IMG/VR virus record: IMGVR_UViG_3300020413_000055
Span: 1 to 28,172 of that record
Length of the DNA stretch: 28,172 bases
Origin: a virus
Lineage: Duplodnaviria; Caudoviricetes
Reading direction: 5' to 3' (one strand)
Part shown: in pieces, positions 7,901-19,100 of the stretch
Numbering within the stretch: the stretch's first letter is position 1
Layout of the letters: each line of letters starts with the position of its first letter
Translations under genes and position numbers: made by a program
The notes under the pieces: model-generated
Told to the model about the DNA's origin: nothing
The model's input: only the letters and a program-made list of their open reading frames with translations
Database searches by the model: none

Positions 7901-9524
7901 ATAATGCTTGATCGGAGTTATGAACTGTTGTTACACCAGAACCATCGTATCCGTCCTCTAATGTAACCGCTTCTATACTAGGATCGTTTCTTGTCCAATC
8001 TGTATTATCTGCTATTGCACTAGAAGCAAACTGCGATATGTTTCCGCCATGTATTTTGTCGCCACTAATTGCATTAGGATCTAATAATAACCTATTGTCT
8101 CCTAATACTGCTTGCAAACTTGCATTACTATCACCACCTGTTGTTGTAACAGTCGGTGCCGCAACATATCCGTCACCATAATTAGTAATATTAATTCCTG
8201 TAATTGGTCCAGGTGAAGTAGAACATAGTATAGTTCCTGCAGCCTGGACTGCCGAACCTTCGCCTGTAGGTGCAGAAATAACTAAGGCAGTACCATTAAC
8301 ATAATTATTACCTGCATTTAAAATATCTACTTTCTTAACCCGTCTACCAAATCCGGATTGTATGTTACGTAAATCTATAAAATCATCTACTCTTGCTCCG
8401 ACCCTAACACTACCGGTCATTGCAGGTTTTGTTGGAGGCGTATAGTATCCTGTACCGCCGTCGACAGCCGTACCAGCTATACTATTGGCAGATCTATATG
8501 CTTGGTCATTTCCGACAGTAACACTTGTTATTTTATCTTGAAATTCCCCACTGGCTGCCCTAACTGCGGTTAATGTAGGAGCAGTACCATTGTTCTGTCC
8601 TGGTGAAATTGTGACTGAAGGTACACTTGAATATCCGCTACCTTTATTTGTAATAACAATATCCGAAACTGCACCTGTTGTAGCATTAATAATTGGATAT
8701 CCTTCGGCAGTAGTACCGTCTGCTTCAGCAGGTTCGGCAAAAGTAAGTGCATATTCTTTACCTGCTACTGTCTGTGTTCCTGCAATTAAATTAGGATCGT
8801 ATGGTCCAGACATTGTTAAGCCAGGATTAATAGTACTAAAAGTATCGTACAAAGTAGTACCATCGGGATGCTTTTCGACGCCATATGTTGTTGCTGTACT
8901 ACCTACTGTTACTGTTAAATCATTTCCGCTATTATATAACGGAGACCATGGTGTAGTACCTGCAGAATAAATGGCAAGTACTCTATTATCTACTACAAAT
9001 TTAATAGCAGAATGACCTGTAGGTGTTGTAGATGTGTTTCCTGTATCATCAAATATTGTTTGAAATAACAATGTAGCATCAGCAGACACAGGTACACTTA
9101 ACTGACCCCATGTTAATTCGCCTGTTTCGTCGTCTTTATATCTTATGTTTAATATACCTTTATCAGCAGAACTATCAAACCAAAAGTCGCCTTCACGAGG
9201 CGTATATGCTCCTGCTTGCACAGGATTAGAAGATGATATTTCTATAGATGCCATTGACTTCCATTTAGTCTTAGCATTAGCATCTTGGTCTAAAATATAT
9301 AACTGTCCATTTTCTGGCTTATACCAAAGTTGCCCGACAGTAGGATTAGTAGGAGCAATATCTCTTGCAAAATTTTCTAATATATGAACAAAATTTTCTG
9401 CAATTAATTCTCCATAATTTTTATAGTTTTGGCCTACTAAACTCAAACTAGTTTGATTGTTTACTGTTCCTTCAAGAACACTTGCAATAGCAGTACCTTT
9501 ATAATTTTTTACATTGTATGGCAT
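4983..9524 (-). CDS. long tail fibre / receptor-binding protein with C-terminal peptidase G2-type intramolecular chaperone
   Basis: N-terminal anchor motif LVGQNYKNYGELIAENFVHILENFA...PTVGQLWY; GxGY..P.VT repeat modules; fibre-like GGAHIQKNLHINGGLSVSG segment; C-terminal ADLAERYEAD...PGTVV...GVIST.P...VAMSGRCPCKV.G...KGD.LV domain (4983-5369). AAGGTGA RBS. Confidence 0.85.
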   Translation of the reverse strand: MPYNVKNYKGTAIASVLEGTVNNQTSLSLVGQNYKNYGELIAENFVHILENFARDIAPTNPTVGQLWYKPENGQLYILDQDANAKTKWKSMASIEISSSNPVQAGAYTPREGDFWFDSSADKGILNIRYKDDETGELTWGQLSVPVSADATLLFQTIFDDTGNTSTTPTGHSAIKFVVDNRVLAIYSAGTTPWSPLYNSGNDLTVTVGSTATTYGVEKHPDGTTLYDTFSTINPGLTMSGPYDPNLIAGTQTVAGKEYALTFAEPAEADGTTAEGYPIINATTGAVSDIVITNKGSGYSSVPSVTISPGQNNGTAPTLTAVRAASGEFQDKITSVTVGNDQAYRSANSIAGTAVDGGTGYYTPPTKPAMTGSVRVGARVDDFIDLRNIQSGFGRRVKKVDILNAGNNYVNGTALVISAPTGEGSAVQAAGTILCSTSPGPITGINITNYGDGYVAAPTVTTTGGDSNASLQAVLGDNRLLLDPNAISGDKIHGGNISQFASSAIADNTDWTRNDPSIEAVTLEDGYDGSGVTTVHNSDQALWNSVETITGSAGSYQMTITDESNPLTRRRAGYAEVAFEREQTLNASGSSNDAVTADGAFRIKGGAHIQKNLHINGGLSVSGDVIHGGTVTQLETQNLAIQDNLIQLNYRQKDIGNDSEFTGVSGLFVDRGKSSGTELAKAVLLWDDTADAFTTDNYWKLGTAASVVEDSSDAETKNADSVTGFALGNLDVKQILASEGGKLDIVSDNRTHGSVSGRSIGGHITNYNGFTQDVTSASYPYNGENDFIIVDQDERILRGEFRFYRDAFPTDGSDSLINGTDTASTGGTSSSKVSALLSDSPQSGGTVTYMRGSGGPQRYGSPGGSAVDNTAFTWDGSNSLNGFLEDPVWEVGTGHAVALREGRSIGWNGPRVHIHDTAAVPGTGALVMPTIAVNGSFPSGGTTVITGGKHYSETDKTAIVGESRDTLQAASPGIATGGSITTGYTSGVLTSATQGGTGADYRMRKPFKEINATKHNGVFCADPTQVSVNAAPQTLADNPHVTDNTQKYVGMYPAMDGHNTSAFNSVEPYDGSGMTIGYAQGHFIDAYIKNIRVENPWDAEEAFSILNRATHSTGTSAKAKININAVATHNGASDIFIGAYGGPTDNGGYGSVQIHSASQGDNPANVYMHTLGKGNALSSIDIIAKSDGNHTAGTQESKVYIKAYNSPTDNTDANITTFPYGQRYKGDSATAIGTSTNASDGNEVHIQATDMIVIEGASDATGRTHNTEGSQVTRFVVDATDQFLHGNLHIGAKAAETTWDSNVYLNADIGSHVFPSDDAIWDLGATNYENEISKLHANLTDNGSASDKRWRTVYTTKLSSGSNSQTGEVEGDWSLTSGSTFQSTYTADLAERYEADDVITPGTVVAIGGDKEITATTTENDTEVFGVISTDPAFILNGGAGTDETHPMVAMSGRCPCKVVGKISKGDRLVSSSTKGRARKADLTNDSVFAIIGRALEAHDSDGEGTIEIAVTRN

Positions 9525-9535
9525 ATTATCACCTT

Positions 9536-10165
9536 TTAACTCGCTGTGTAATTAGTTCTTACTTTTATGGTATATAGAATTTGTATTTTTCTATTTGCAC
9601 TCTTTTGTACTGGATGAAAAACTACATGACTTAATAATAGTCCTTGGTTTCTGCCGTCTGCTGATTTCGACTTAAGACCTAATTCATCAAATACAAAGTT
9701 ACCATCTGTGGTGCCGTCTGTTGTGTTTTGATCAACTCCTGCTAAATTAAAATTAGAATCGCTTTGCATCGGTTCATCATAATTCAATGTACATGTAATT
9801 ATAATATCTGTAAATGCATTTCCATCTGTGTATGCAATATCAATTTTATTTGCAGATGTATCTGTGTTATCCGAATCTAAAGTATCTATATTTTTAAAAA
9901 ATTTATCGTTATACAAATCGTCATTAGCAAATGTTACTTTAGGCTCACGATACGTTAGATTACCTTGTGCATCAATAATTGTACCATCATTACCAAAATG
10001 CATTTCGTATAATGTAAAATAATCTTTATTACTTAATGCCGTTGCAATACATCTACTCATGTTTTCAGCATGTATTTTATTAGGCTTATCTACAAGAATT
10101 TCTCCTGTATCTACGTCAAATATTTTAACGTGTCCGTGCATGTTTATATTAAGATTACTTTTCAT
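9536..10165 (-). CDS. virion structural protein (baseplate/fibre attachment-like), 209 aa
   Basis: GHVKIFD...NKIHAEN and FVFDELGL...LLSHVVFHPVQKS motifs as recalled from jumbo-phage baseplate loci. AAGGT RBS and its own late-promoter motif. Confidence 0.75.
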   Translation of the reverse strand: MKSNLNINMHGHVKIFDVDTGEILVDKPNKIHAENMSRCIATALSNKDYFTLYEMHFGNDGTIIDAQGNLTYREPKVTFANDDLYNDKFFKNIDTLDSDNTDTSANKIDIAYTDGNAFTDIIITCTLNYDEPMQSDSNFNLAGVDQNTTDGTTDGNFVFDELGLKSKSADGRNQGLLLSHVVFHPVQKSANRKIQILYTIKVRTNYTAS

Positions 10166-10181
10166 TATTTTACCTTATTAA

Positions 10182-10189
10182 TATTTATA
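10182..10189 (-). promoter_or_regulatory. T4-type late promoter TATAAATA
   Basis: Plus-strand tatttata reads TATAAATA on the minus strand. It overlaps the TAA stop of the giant gene and lies 16 nt upstream of the ATG at 10165. Confidence 0.7.
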
Positions 10190-13100
10190 TGGTTCCTTCA
10201 GTGACTGATTTTCCATGTATTGTTGAAACTCCTGCCATAGTAGCATTAGACTGAGTTGTACCATCTAATGAATCAAATGCAGGCCAAGATTCAGGATCAG
10301 GACTCACTGGTATAGCAGTTGTTGGTCCTGCTGATACAATAACAGAACCATTTGCATGAGTTGTAGCCGCAGTTCCGGCAACACCTCGTGTACAATTAAT
10401 TAATGTATTACCACTTGTGTTTTCATATCTAATTCTTTCTGCTCCTATCATTATTTCGCCAGGTTCGGTAGCAGAACCAGGTAATTTAGTAGCATCAGTA
10501 ACAGTAATAGAAGTTTCGGTAGCATCTATATCTTCTGCCGCAGTAGTTTGGTCGGCATTAATAATTACTTCATACATCCTAGTACCTGTATTATCAATAA
10601 ACATTCTAAATGCTCTACTATCTGTTGTTGAAGTTGAGCTTGTATTTGTAAATGTATATGCATTCGAAAGTGTATATGATTTTACTAGTTGGGTGTTATC
10701 TCCTGCAATAAACATTTTTGTACCGTCTGGACTGATGTGTATACCACTAGGATTACCTCCTAGAGAATAAAATTCACTATGTGTTAATGTTGATATATCC
10801 CACGCTGTAGATGCCTTAAATAAATCTATACCATTGCCATGTGTACCAACAATAAACAATTTTTTACCATCAGGGCTCCACTCTATACCAAATGGTTCTA
10901 CGTCTGTTGCAGTTACACTTAAATCTTGATTGAATGTTGCTGACGAAATATCAAATGCACTGGATAGATTGAATTCATATATCTTGTTATTTTGATTTCC
11001 GGTGATATACATTTTAGTTCCATCATCTTTGAAATCAAGTCCAAAATTATCATTGTCAACAGTTGTAACAAGTGTTTGGGTGAAACTTGCTGTTGATACA
11101 TCAAAACCAGTTGACAGAGCATACTGATGAACATTACTATTGCCTACACCAGTAACAAACATTTTTGTTCCATCTGCATTAAATTTAACTGCGGTTGGAT
11201 TTGGACATTGTGTAACCGCATAGCTGTCTACAAAAGTAACCGTTGATGAAAGATCAAATCCCGTTGAGAGTGTGTATTCGTTTACATCGTCTCCGGTTGT
11301 ACCAACAGTAAACATTTTTGTTCCATCGTTGTTAAATGTAATGCCTCTAACATCATTTTCTTCTGAACTTACATCATAAGTTGAGCCTGCTGTAACTGTG
11401 CCTGCTGTGCTTGCCGAGTTTGTTTGAACTCTTATATCTACTACCTCATCTGCGTTTACATTTGTCTCTTCGTTAAATGTTCTAGAATCAAATATAGTTT
11501 CAATTTTAGAATGGTATGGTTTAACTTCATTAAGATAATCTAATATATCTTGTTCGGCACCTACATCAAAACTCCTAGGTTTAAGTTCGCCTGGTGTTTT
11601 TCTATTCAATTCTAAGAACGTAGTTTTTGCAACCCAATCTAAATTTTGTTGTTCAGAATAAATGTATTTTATTAATGCAAAAAATAATTGTTTGTAATAA
11701 ATTTTGTATGTGCCTATAAAAATGTCTTCGTGCAGTCCTTTTAAAATTGCTTGTAGTTCATTAGTATAATTTTTATCCCAGCCACCGATATCCCATTCTG
11801 CAGCATCCCAACCAGCATCAATATCTTGAACATTAAATAATGTATTTTTTAATTGTATAGTACCATTTTGTTTACCTATTTTAAACCATGATTCATTAAC
11901 CCATTGATAAAATGCCCAGTTACCATCTGTATCATCACTATCTACTCTAACAACAGAATACAAATCATTATCAACGTCGTACAATTCATTTCTTGTTGTA
12001 GCAGTTATTTGAGCCACCGAGGAAGAACTAACTGTATAATCAGGATGAAACCAATCTGTATATTCCCAATAATCTTGCGGATTAAAAGTAGAATTACCTT
12101 TAGTAAAAGAACCACCTAAATTTTTCTTCCAATTTAATTGTGAATCACTTAAATTAATATTCAATAATAATTCATTTGCTTTTTGAATTAAGACCCTTAT
12201 CGCTTCTAATCTATTTTTAATCCAACTTTGTTTATATGGTCTTATTTGGCTACCATATCTAAAAATTTCATTTAGTCTTAAACTAGGAACCATGTTAGGC
12301 GCATCAACAACTAATGTCCTATCATCAATAAACGAATACGTTAATAATTCAAACCATGGTTGACTACTAAAATCTCCTAATTCTCTAAATGTAGAATATT
12401 GATCATGTGCGGCAGCACTTGTACTTTGTTGGCCTCGTTCAATTATAATTCTATCGCCTGTTGCAGGGTTTACAAATTGTAAATTATCTATTAATAATGT
12501 AAATCCATTTGTATGGCCAGGTGTAATTTCTAACCATAATGCATGATATGTATTGCTTGTAGTTGTAAATTCACCAGTAAAAGCATACACTCTTTCTGCA
12601 GACAACGAACTATTTTGTGAAGATGCAGTTGGTGTTAAATCGACTGCGGTGTATGTATTAAAATCTCCATCGCTATTTACAGAACCATATTTTAATTTAA
12701 CAGAATCTAATTGAGTATATGTTCTGATAAGTGCTTTTCCTACGTAATTTACAGTATCACCAATTCCGTCACTAGCAGTTAATCCTTTTATACCTACATA
12801 ATGGACTGTATTATTAGAAGTTCCAGTATATAGACCTGATGCATTACCATAAATTATATCAGATGTATTAACAGTTGCAACTTTAATTATAGCAGAATTA
12901 TCTCCGCCTGTAATACTCAATGAATCGTTAACTGCATAACCGCCACCACCATTTACTACATTTATTGTTTGAATAGCACCATTACCATCTACTGTAACTG
13001 TACAAGTAAAACCCGATCCAGTGCCTCCTGTTGTTGAATATGTTGTGCTTGCTTCGTATGTTGTACCTAATGCAGATGTTAATGATACAGTTGCTACTTC

Positions 13101-16100
13101 TCCACTAGGTGCGATAGATCCAGGAGATACAGACCACGTGTCTGTTGTTTCTAATTCAAATGCACCATTAGTTAGTGCATTAAAATCAGATACAAATCGT
13201 CTAGTTGCATACTCATCGAAGTATTTTAATTTTACTATTTCTTCATCTGATTCACCTTGATCTATAACAGCATATGATTGTGAATACCCTGAGCCTTTTC
13301 TAGAGGCATTCATTGTAATACCTGTTATAACACCATCATTATTAACTGTTATGTCTCCTGCAATTACTGTGGCTTGCGTACCTGTAGGATCTTCAGGTGG
13401 CTCAATCCATATAGTTGGTTTTGTGCTTGTACTATATCCTTGGCCCCCTCTTACTACTGTTATACTATCTACTGTTCCGCTTACAATATTTGCATATGCA
13501 TATGCAGTTACATTTTCATAAGGTAAACCAAATGTATTTGATGCCGGAGGCGGTGGATCAATTATAATTCTAGCAGGAAAATTAAATCGTTGTGCTTCGT
13601 TAGCACCAATTCTAACATTTACAGTATTGGTTTGGTTATCTATTGCTAATTTTAAATTAGTAGATACTAAACTTATATCATATAATGTTTTATAATATTT
13701 TGCAACATTATTAGTTGTTACTTTAACAACATCATTTGCATTATAATTTAATTTATTACTCCATTCGGAATTAAATGTGTTAATTGCATTGCTATTTGTT
13801 TGTTCAACACCTGCTAGTGCAAGAACATCCTTGTTTTCATCGATACCTAAAATACTTTCATGCATTCGTTTAGCAAACGTATTAGGAATTTCTGTATCTG
13901 TATTAGTTTCTTTTATCTTAATCCATTCTTTATGTTTGTTTGCTACTGTACTCGAAAAATTAACCTGAAATACTGAATTAGATGTTAATTGATCCCCAAT
14001 ATTGCCAGTTATAATACTAGATGTTCCGCTAGGACTTGCCCAAAATAAGCCCGACCTAGTAGGATCATTTAAATAATCAGTAACCGCTTTACATGATATC
14101 TCTCTAAATGGCTTTGACCTAGGTACACTTGTTTTATTTTTAACCCAAAAATAGTAATATGTAATTGTTGTTCCTGTAAACGGATCTATTGTTTCCTCTT
14201 CGCTCCAGTAATAATGTGTTACACCGCTTAGAGTTTTTGTATATGCTTCTCCTGAGCATATTTCTCCATCTAGTACAAAAGAACCATTAACTAAAGTTAA
14301 CCATTCGTCGGGTGTTACTGTACTTTTAGTCCATTCGTATATATCAATACTTGATTCAGGAAATTGTTTACCCCAATTCTTAAATGTGTAATCAGGATCA
14401 TCAGACTGTTCGTAATCTAAATATCGAACCGTATTTAAATTCCACCAGGTTGTACCTAATTGTTCTGCTCCCCAACTTCGAGTTGTTGTTAATGTTTCTT
14501 TATCTTGAGTAGTTGCATTATACAAAGCCTGATCATACCCTGATGTAACTTCTATTTCTTTTTCTGCTATACCAGGTATTATTCCTTTGAAAGGATCCCA
14601 AGTTTCTGCTCTTGCTAATTCTCTATTTTGTTTATGATCGTATACAATTATATTTGCTATTTGTGCTGTATCTGCTTTAGGTTGTTGAGCTCTAACTGAA
14701 ATCCAAGATTTTGTTGCATCATTATATGTAAAAGTACTGTATCCGTTATTTCTATCTTTATAAACAATTAATAAAGGTTGTCCTGCTCCCCATGCACTAC
14801 CTATATTGCCAGAATTAAAACTAATTGAATTTCCTGTAACAGTATAATTTGATATGTTATTTGCCTGTTGCGGTATCTTAGTTCTAAATGACCCAACAAA
14901 CACATCTACATTGGCAGTTGTTGTCGAATATGATAATGTATAATCTGTTACTGAAGCAAATGTTTGTTCAGACGTTGCATAAGGATTATACGATCCACTA
15001 GTATCCACAACACCTATTGTAAATTCTTGCGTGGTATAAGAATTATCTACATAGGCATACTCACCTGTTTTAAATTCATATTTTGTATCACTTATAGTCG
15101 AATATAAATCTGTTGTAGTATCAAACCTTGCACTACGCAAAGGAAATACTTTACCATATAATTCGTTATCACCAACATATTCATCTATATAAAATTGTTT
15201 AACACTTCTTAAACCACAAGTATCACAATCTTTGCCTGTTGGAAATCCTGTTACTTTATGAATGCCATTTAAATCAGGATTAAATTCTGCACCTAAAATT
15301 AAAACATAATCTCCTATTGATAATTGATGTTCTTTGTTTAACTTTATTAATGCTTCGTCTCCTGTTTCGTATCCTTTACATATTAATTCGCAACCAAAAT
15401 CATCATCTTGTAAGTTAAAAGCAGACCAATCACCTGAACCTGTATCAGCAACCCAAACATTAAATATACCTTCCTCACCTGCTTCTACCCATCTATCACT
15501 AATAGTTGTATCTGCCGCTTCTGCATCTGTTTTATAATTAAAAGCATTTAGATAAATTATAGAATCATCTGCTGGTGCATTAGCCGCCGGTATGATGCCT
15601 TGAGCAAAAGATAATACATATGAATAATCACTATTAGCATCTGCGCCTGTATATACAACTCCTGTTGAAGAAGTACCCTGTGTTAATCTTGCAGAAACAG
15701 GATAATACGTATGATTGTAAGATCCTAATCTAGCATTAACTCCAGTTACTCCTGATGCATAAGGATCATATGCAGAAGATGTAGTTGTTTCACTAACTTT
15801 TGTAACACCATCGGCACTAAAAACACATTTCTCTAATACAACTTCTTTTAGAGATCCATCAGAATAAAATACAGAGTAGTTTGCATTTACTACTCCTTGG
15901 ATACTTCTTGCCGCAGCATTTATAGTTCTTGTAGAACGCCAACGCTTACCATTATATCTGACATAATAATTTTCTGCGTATGTATACGTATCTTTCCAAT
16001 TAGTTGTTTGAAGCAACTTATAAATCATAGAATCTTCATCATTATAATATGTTGTATATAATGAAGGCAGATCATCTAAATTAAATTTTTGATATGTTGT

Positions 16101-19100
16101 TTCTTCTAATTTAGGATAACCAGCATTTGGTAAATCTTTTTCGTATGTTTCTATTTCCGTAATAGTATCAATAGATTGATCAAACTTTGCTCTTGTTGTA
16201 AATGTTATAGACGGAGTAGTAGTAGGTTGTTCTAACCATCGAGAATCGCCAGGTAATAAATTAATAATATCATCATAGTCTATATCTGTTGCTTGCCCTA
16301 CGTATGTTTGACCAAAATCAATTACTTGAGGATTTGTTTTAATCGCTGGTTTATCTAATGTAAATTCTCGAGTTGCTTGTTGAGTTTCGGGACCAAACTC
16401 TCCTAATCTAAATAACCATTCTTCCTCTAAACTAATATCAACACTTGCTTCTAATAAAAATGTACTTCGTGTTAATCTATTAAAGACTTCAGGCGTTCCT
16501 TTTAAATGGCTTACACCCTTCATAAATTGAAACTGCGAATCATTAGAAAGTCGCATATTTCTTAAAAATTGTTTCTTTTCGTAACCAATATTTTTTCTAG
16601 CGATGTCTATAATGTTATCATTTAAAACAGTTTGTTCTACATTAAAATACCCTTCTGTAATATTTGCAGTTGTTTTATCAAAATTTTCATATACTGTATC
16701 GCCATGTACTAGATAACCAGGAGCATGTAAAGTACCATTCCATTCTGGAGTTTGTAAATATTCTATTTTAAATCTTTGTTTAGCATCTCCTAATACTGGA
16801 AAATAAATTATATCGTCAAATATTGTTTTGTTATTAATTATTAATAAATGTTCATAATCACATAACACAAGGGATGCACCATAGATTGCTTTATCAGAAT
16901 CTTTAGGCTTAACAGTCATATAATTTAATTGCCTGTCTACATCAATATTTGTAGAATTAAATAAAGATTTATCTGCATCTAAAAAGTAACTACCATATTC
17001 ATATTCGTTGCTTTTTACATGTCCGTGATTATGATTAAAATGTAATAAATTACCTGCCGGACTTAATTTAATAGAAGTATCAGTGCCCCAATTAGTTTCT
17101 GACCAAGTAATAAATTGTTGAGCTGACAATGTCCAATTTTCATATGCTTTGTCTTGGTTAGCATTAGTAAATTCAAAACCTATAGATTCTAAATATTTTT
17201 CATATGCAATTAAAAAATTATAGACATCGTTTGCTGATTTATATTCTGTACCATAATCTATACTTTTTGTATCTGTACTAAACTCAGTAAATAATTGAAT
17301 ATTTGTTTCACTTACTGTAATTTGTGATATCGTTTCTTTTAATGATTCTAATATAGTAAAGTACGGTCTTTCATTATTAAATCCGTAAACTTTATATCCT
17401 GTAGAAGTTGCTACAATTTCGACACCGCTATATGAATAATAATTATAAGGCGCAGACGTATGAAATTTAATCGTCATATCATCTTGTGGTACAAAATTGT
17501 TTGACTTCTCTGATTGTAAACTATCTGCTAATAATGATGTTAAAGATTTTTTAGAAAATCCTTGCATCTTGTAACTTAGTTTTACATTTAACTGTCGTAA
17601 TCTTCTAGAAAAATCTTCAAATATATTATTACCTAAAAACATTAATCTATCTATAATAGGTTGTTGCAAACCCAAAACACGCCTAGATAAATTAGTTGTA
17701 TCTATTTCATTATGAGTATATAATAAATTAGCATTATGTCGTTGTTTTGTTTTATCAGATATAATCTGATTATCTTGAACAACATCTACTATTTCAATTG
17801 CTCCGCCCATACCATCATGTGCTGAACAATAATAATATAATACATCAGGTGCATTAGAAGCAGGTTTAAATGTAGGCTTAGTTGCAGTTGTTTCGTCCCA
17901 ATTTGTTGTATATTTTGATCCGCCTGCTCGTGTCCCGTCTGATGTTTCTGACAGTTCAAAATCATGTGTGTTATTTGATGCGTCGGTTAAGTCAAATGTA
18001 TACGTTGTTCCTTTTTGTAATACTAACTTTTTTTGTTTTACACCATCTAAATAAAACTTGCTATCTGCGACTGTAACTTTAATAGTGGTGTTGGTTTCAC
18101 CATCGTTTATTCTATCCAATACATCATAATTAGTTTCTAAATATTTTGCTGGTTGCCTTGAAAATAAAAATTTGGATTCAGTAAAAGGAAATAACGAACT
18201 TCTATTCCATACAGTTTCAATTGGACCGCCATCACCAAATTTAAAATTACTTTTTGCATCTTTAGCAGTAGGTGAAGTTAACGCCCAAGTATCAGGATCT
18301 TGCAAAGTGCCATCTGTAGCAACAGGAAACGTAGCACTCGGTCTTGCAACATTAATATCTTGAACAACAGGATCGCTAGGTGTAGTAGGATCAGATATAA
18401 TACCTTTTTGTAATGCCTCTATTAATTTATTGCGTTTAGTAGCATTAACCCATTCATAATTAGCATCCCACCAACTAGGTTTTTCTGTGAAGCCTAACAT
18501 TTCCCAAGGGTGTGTATGTGGTCTATCTGTATCAAAATAATATTTGTAAATACCTCTCCAAAATCCTATACCTTCAGATTGTGTAGAAGAATAATTATGT
18601 GTAAATTTATTATTTGCTTCATATGATGTATTTGCTAAATCTTGTATTCCTTTAGATATTCTAAAGGAATTAAAACCATCATAATAAAAAGCATTTTGCT
18701 CTGTTCTTGTAGTTGTAGTCGTTCTATATTTTCCTGGTATCGAACTTAAATCTTTACGTTTATTTTTAAAAGAAGGTTGTATGTGATCGTATATTCTATT
18801 TTCTAATTCAAGTAATGCTTTATCTCTATAATCTGTAATTGCACCAGTTAATGCACTACCTGATCCTGATATACTAGATGCATTAGCAATAGTTTTAGAT
18901 CTGTCATGCCCTTCTATAACAACTACTGTACGTTGCCCTGTGTCATCTACATAGTGTGTTGGTTTAATTGCAGGAACAACTCCTAGTTTTGCCAATGTTG
19001 GTGGAATAAAACTTAACCCTTGATCGATACTAACTTTTATTACAACTTTGCCCGAACTAACAGCACTATCTAACGTAATTTTATTAGTTGCTGAATCGGT

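Noticed and set aside
7910-7940. VTTVHNS resembling an intein C-terminal splice motif in the fibre
   Set aside because: No matching N-terminal block A/B or endonuclease motifs were found upstream.
10640-11400. Repeats as a CRISPR array or DGR template/variable pair
   Set aside because: They are in-frame protein repeats with ordinary divergence; there is no repeat-spacer structure, no adenine-specific pattern and no reverse transcriptase in the window.
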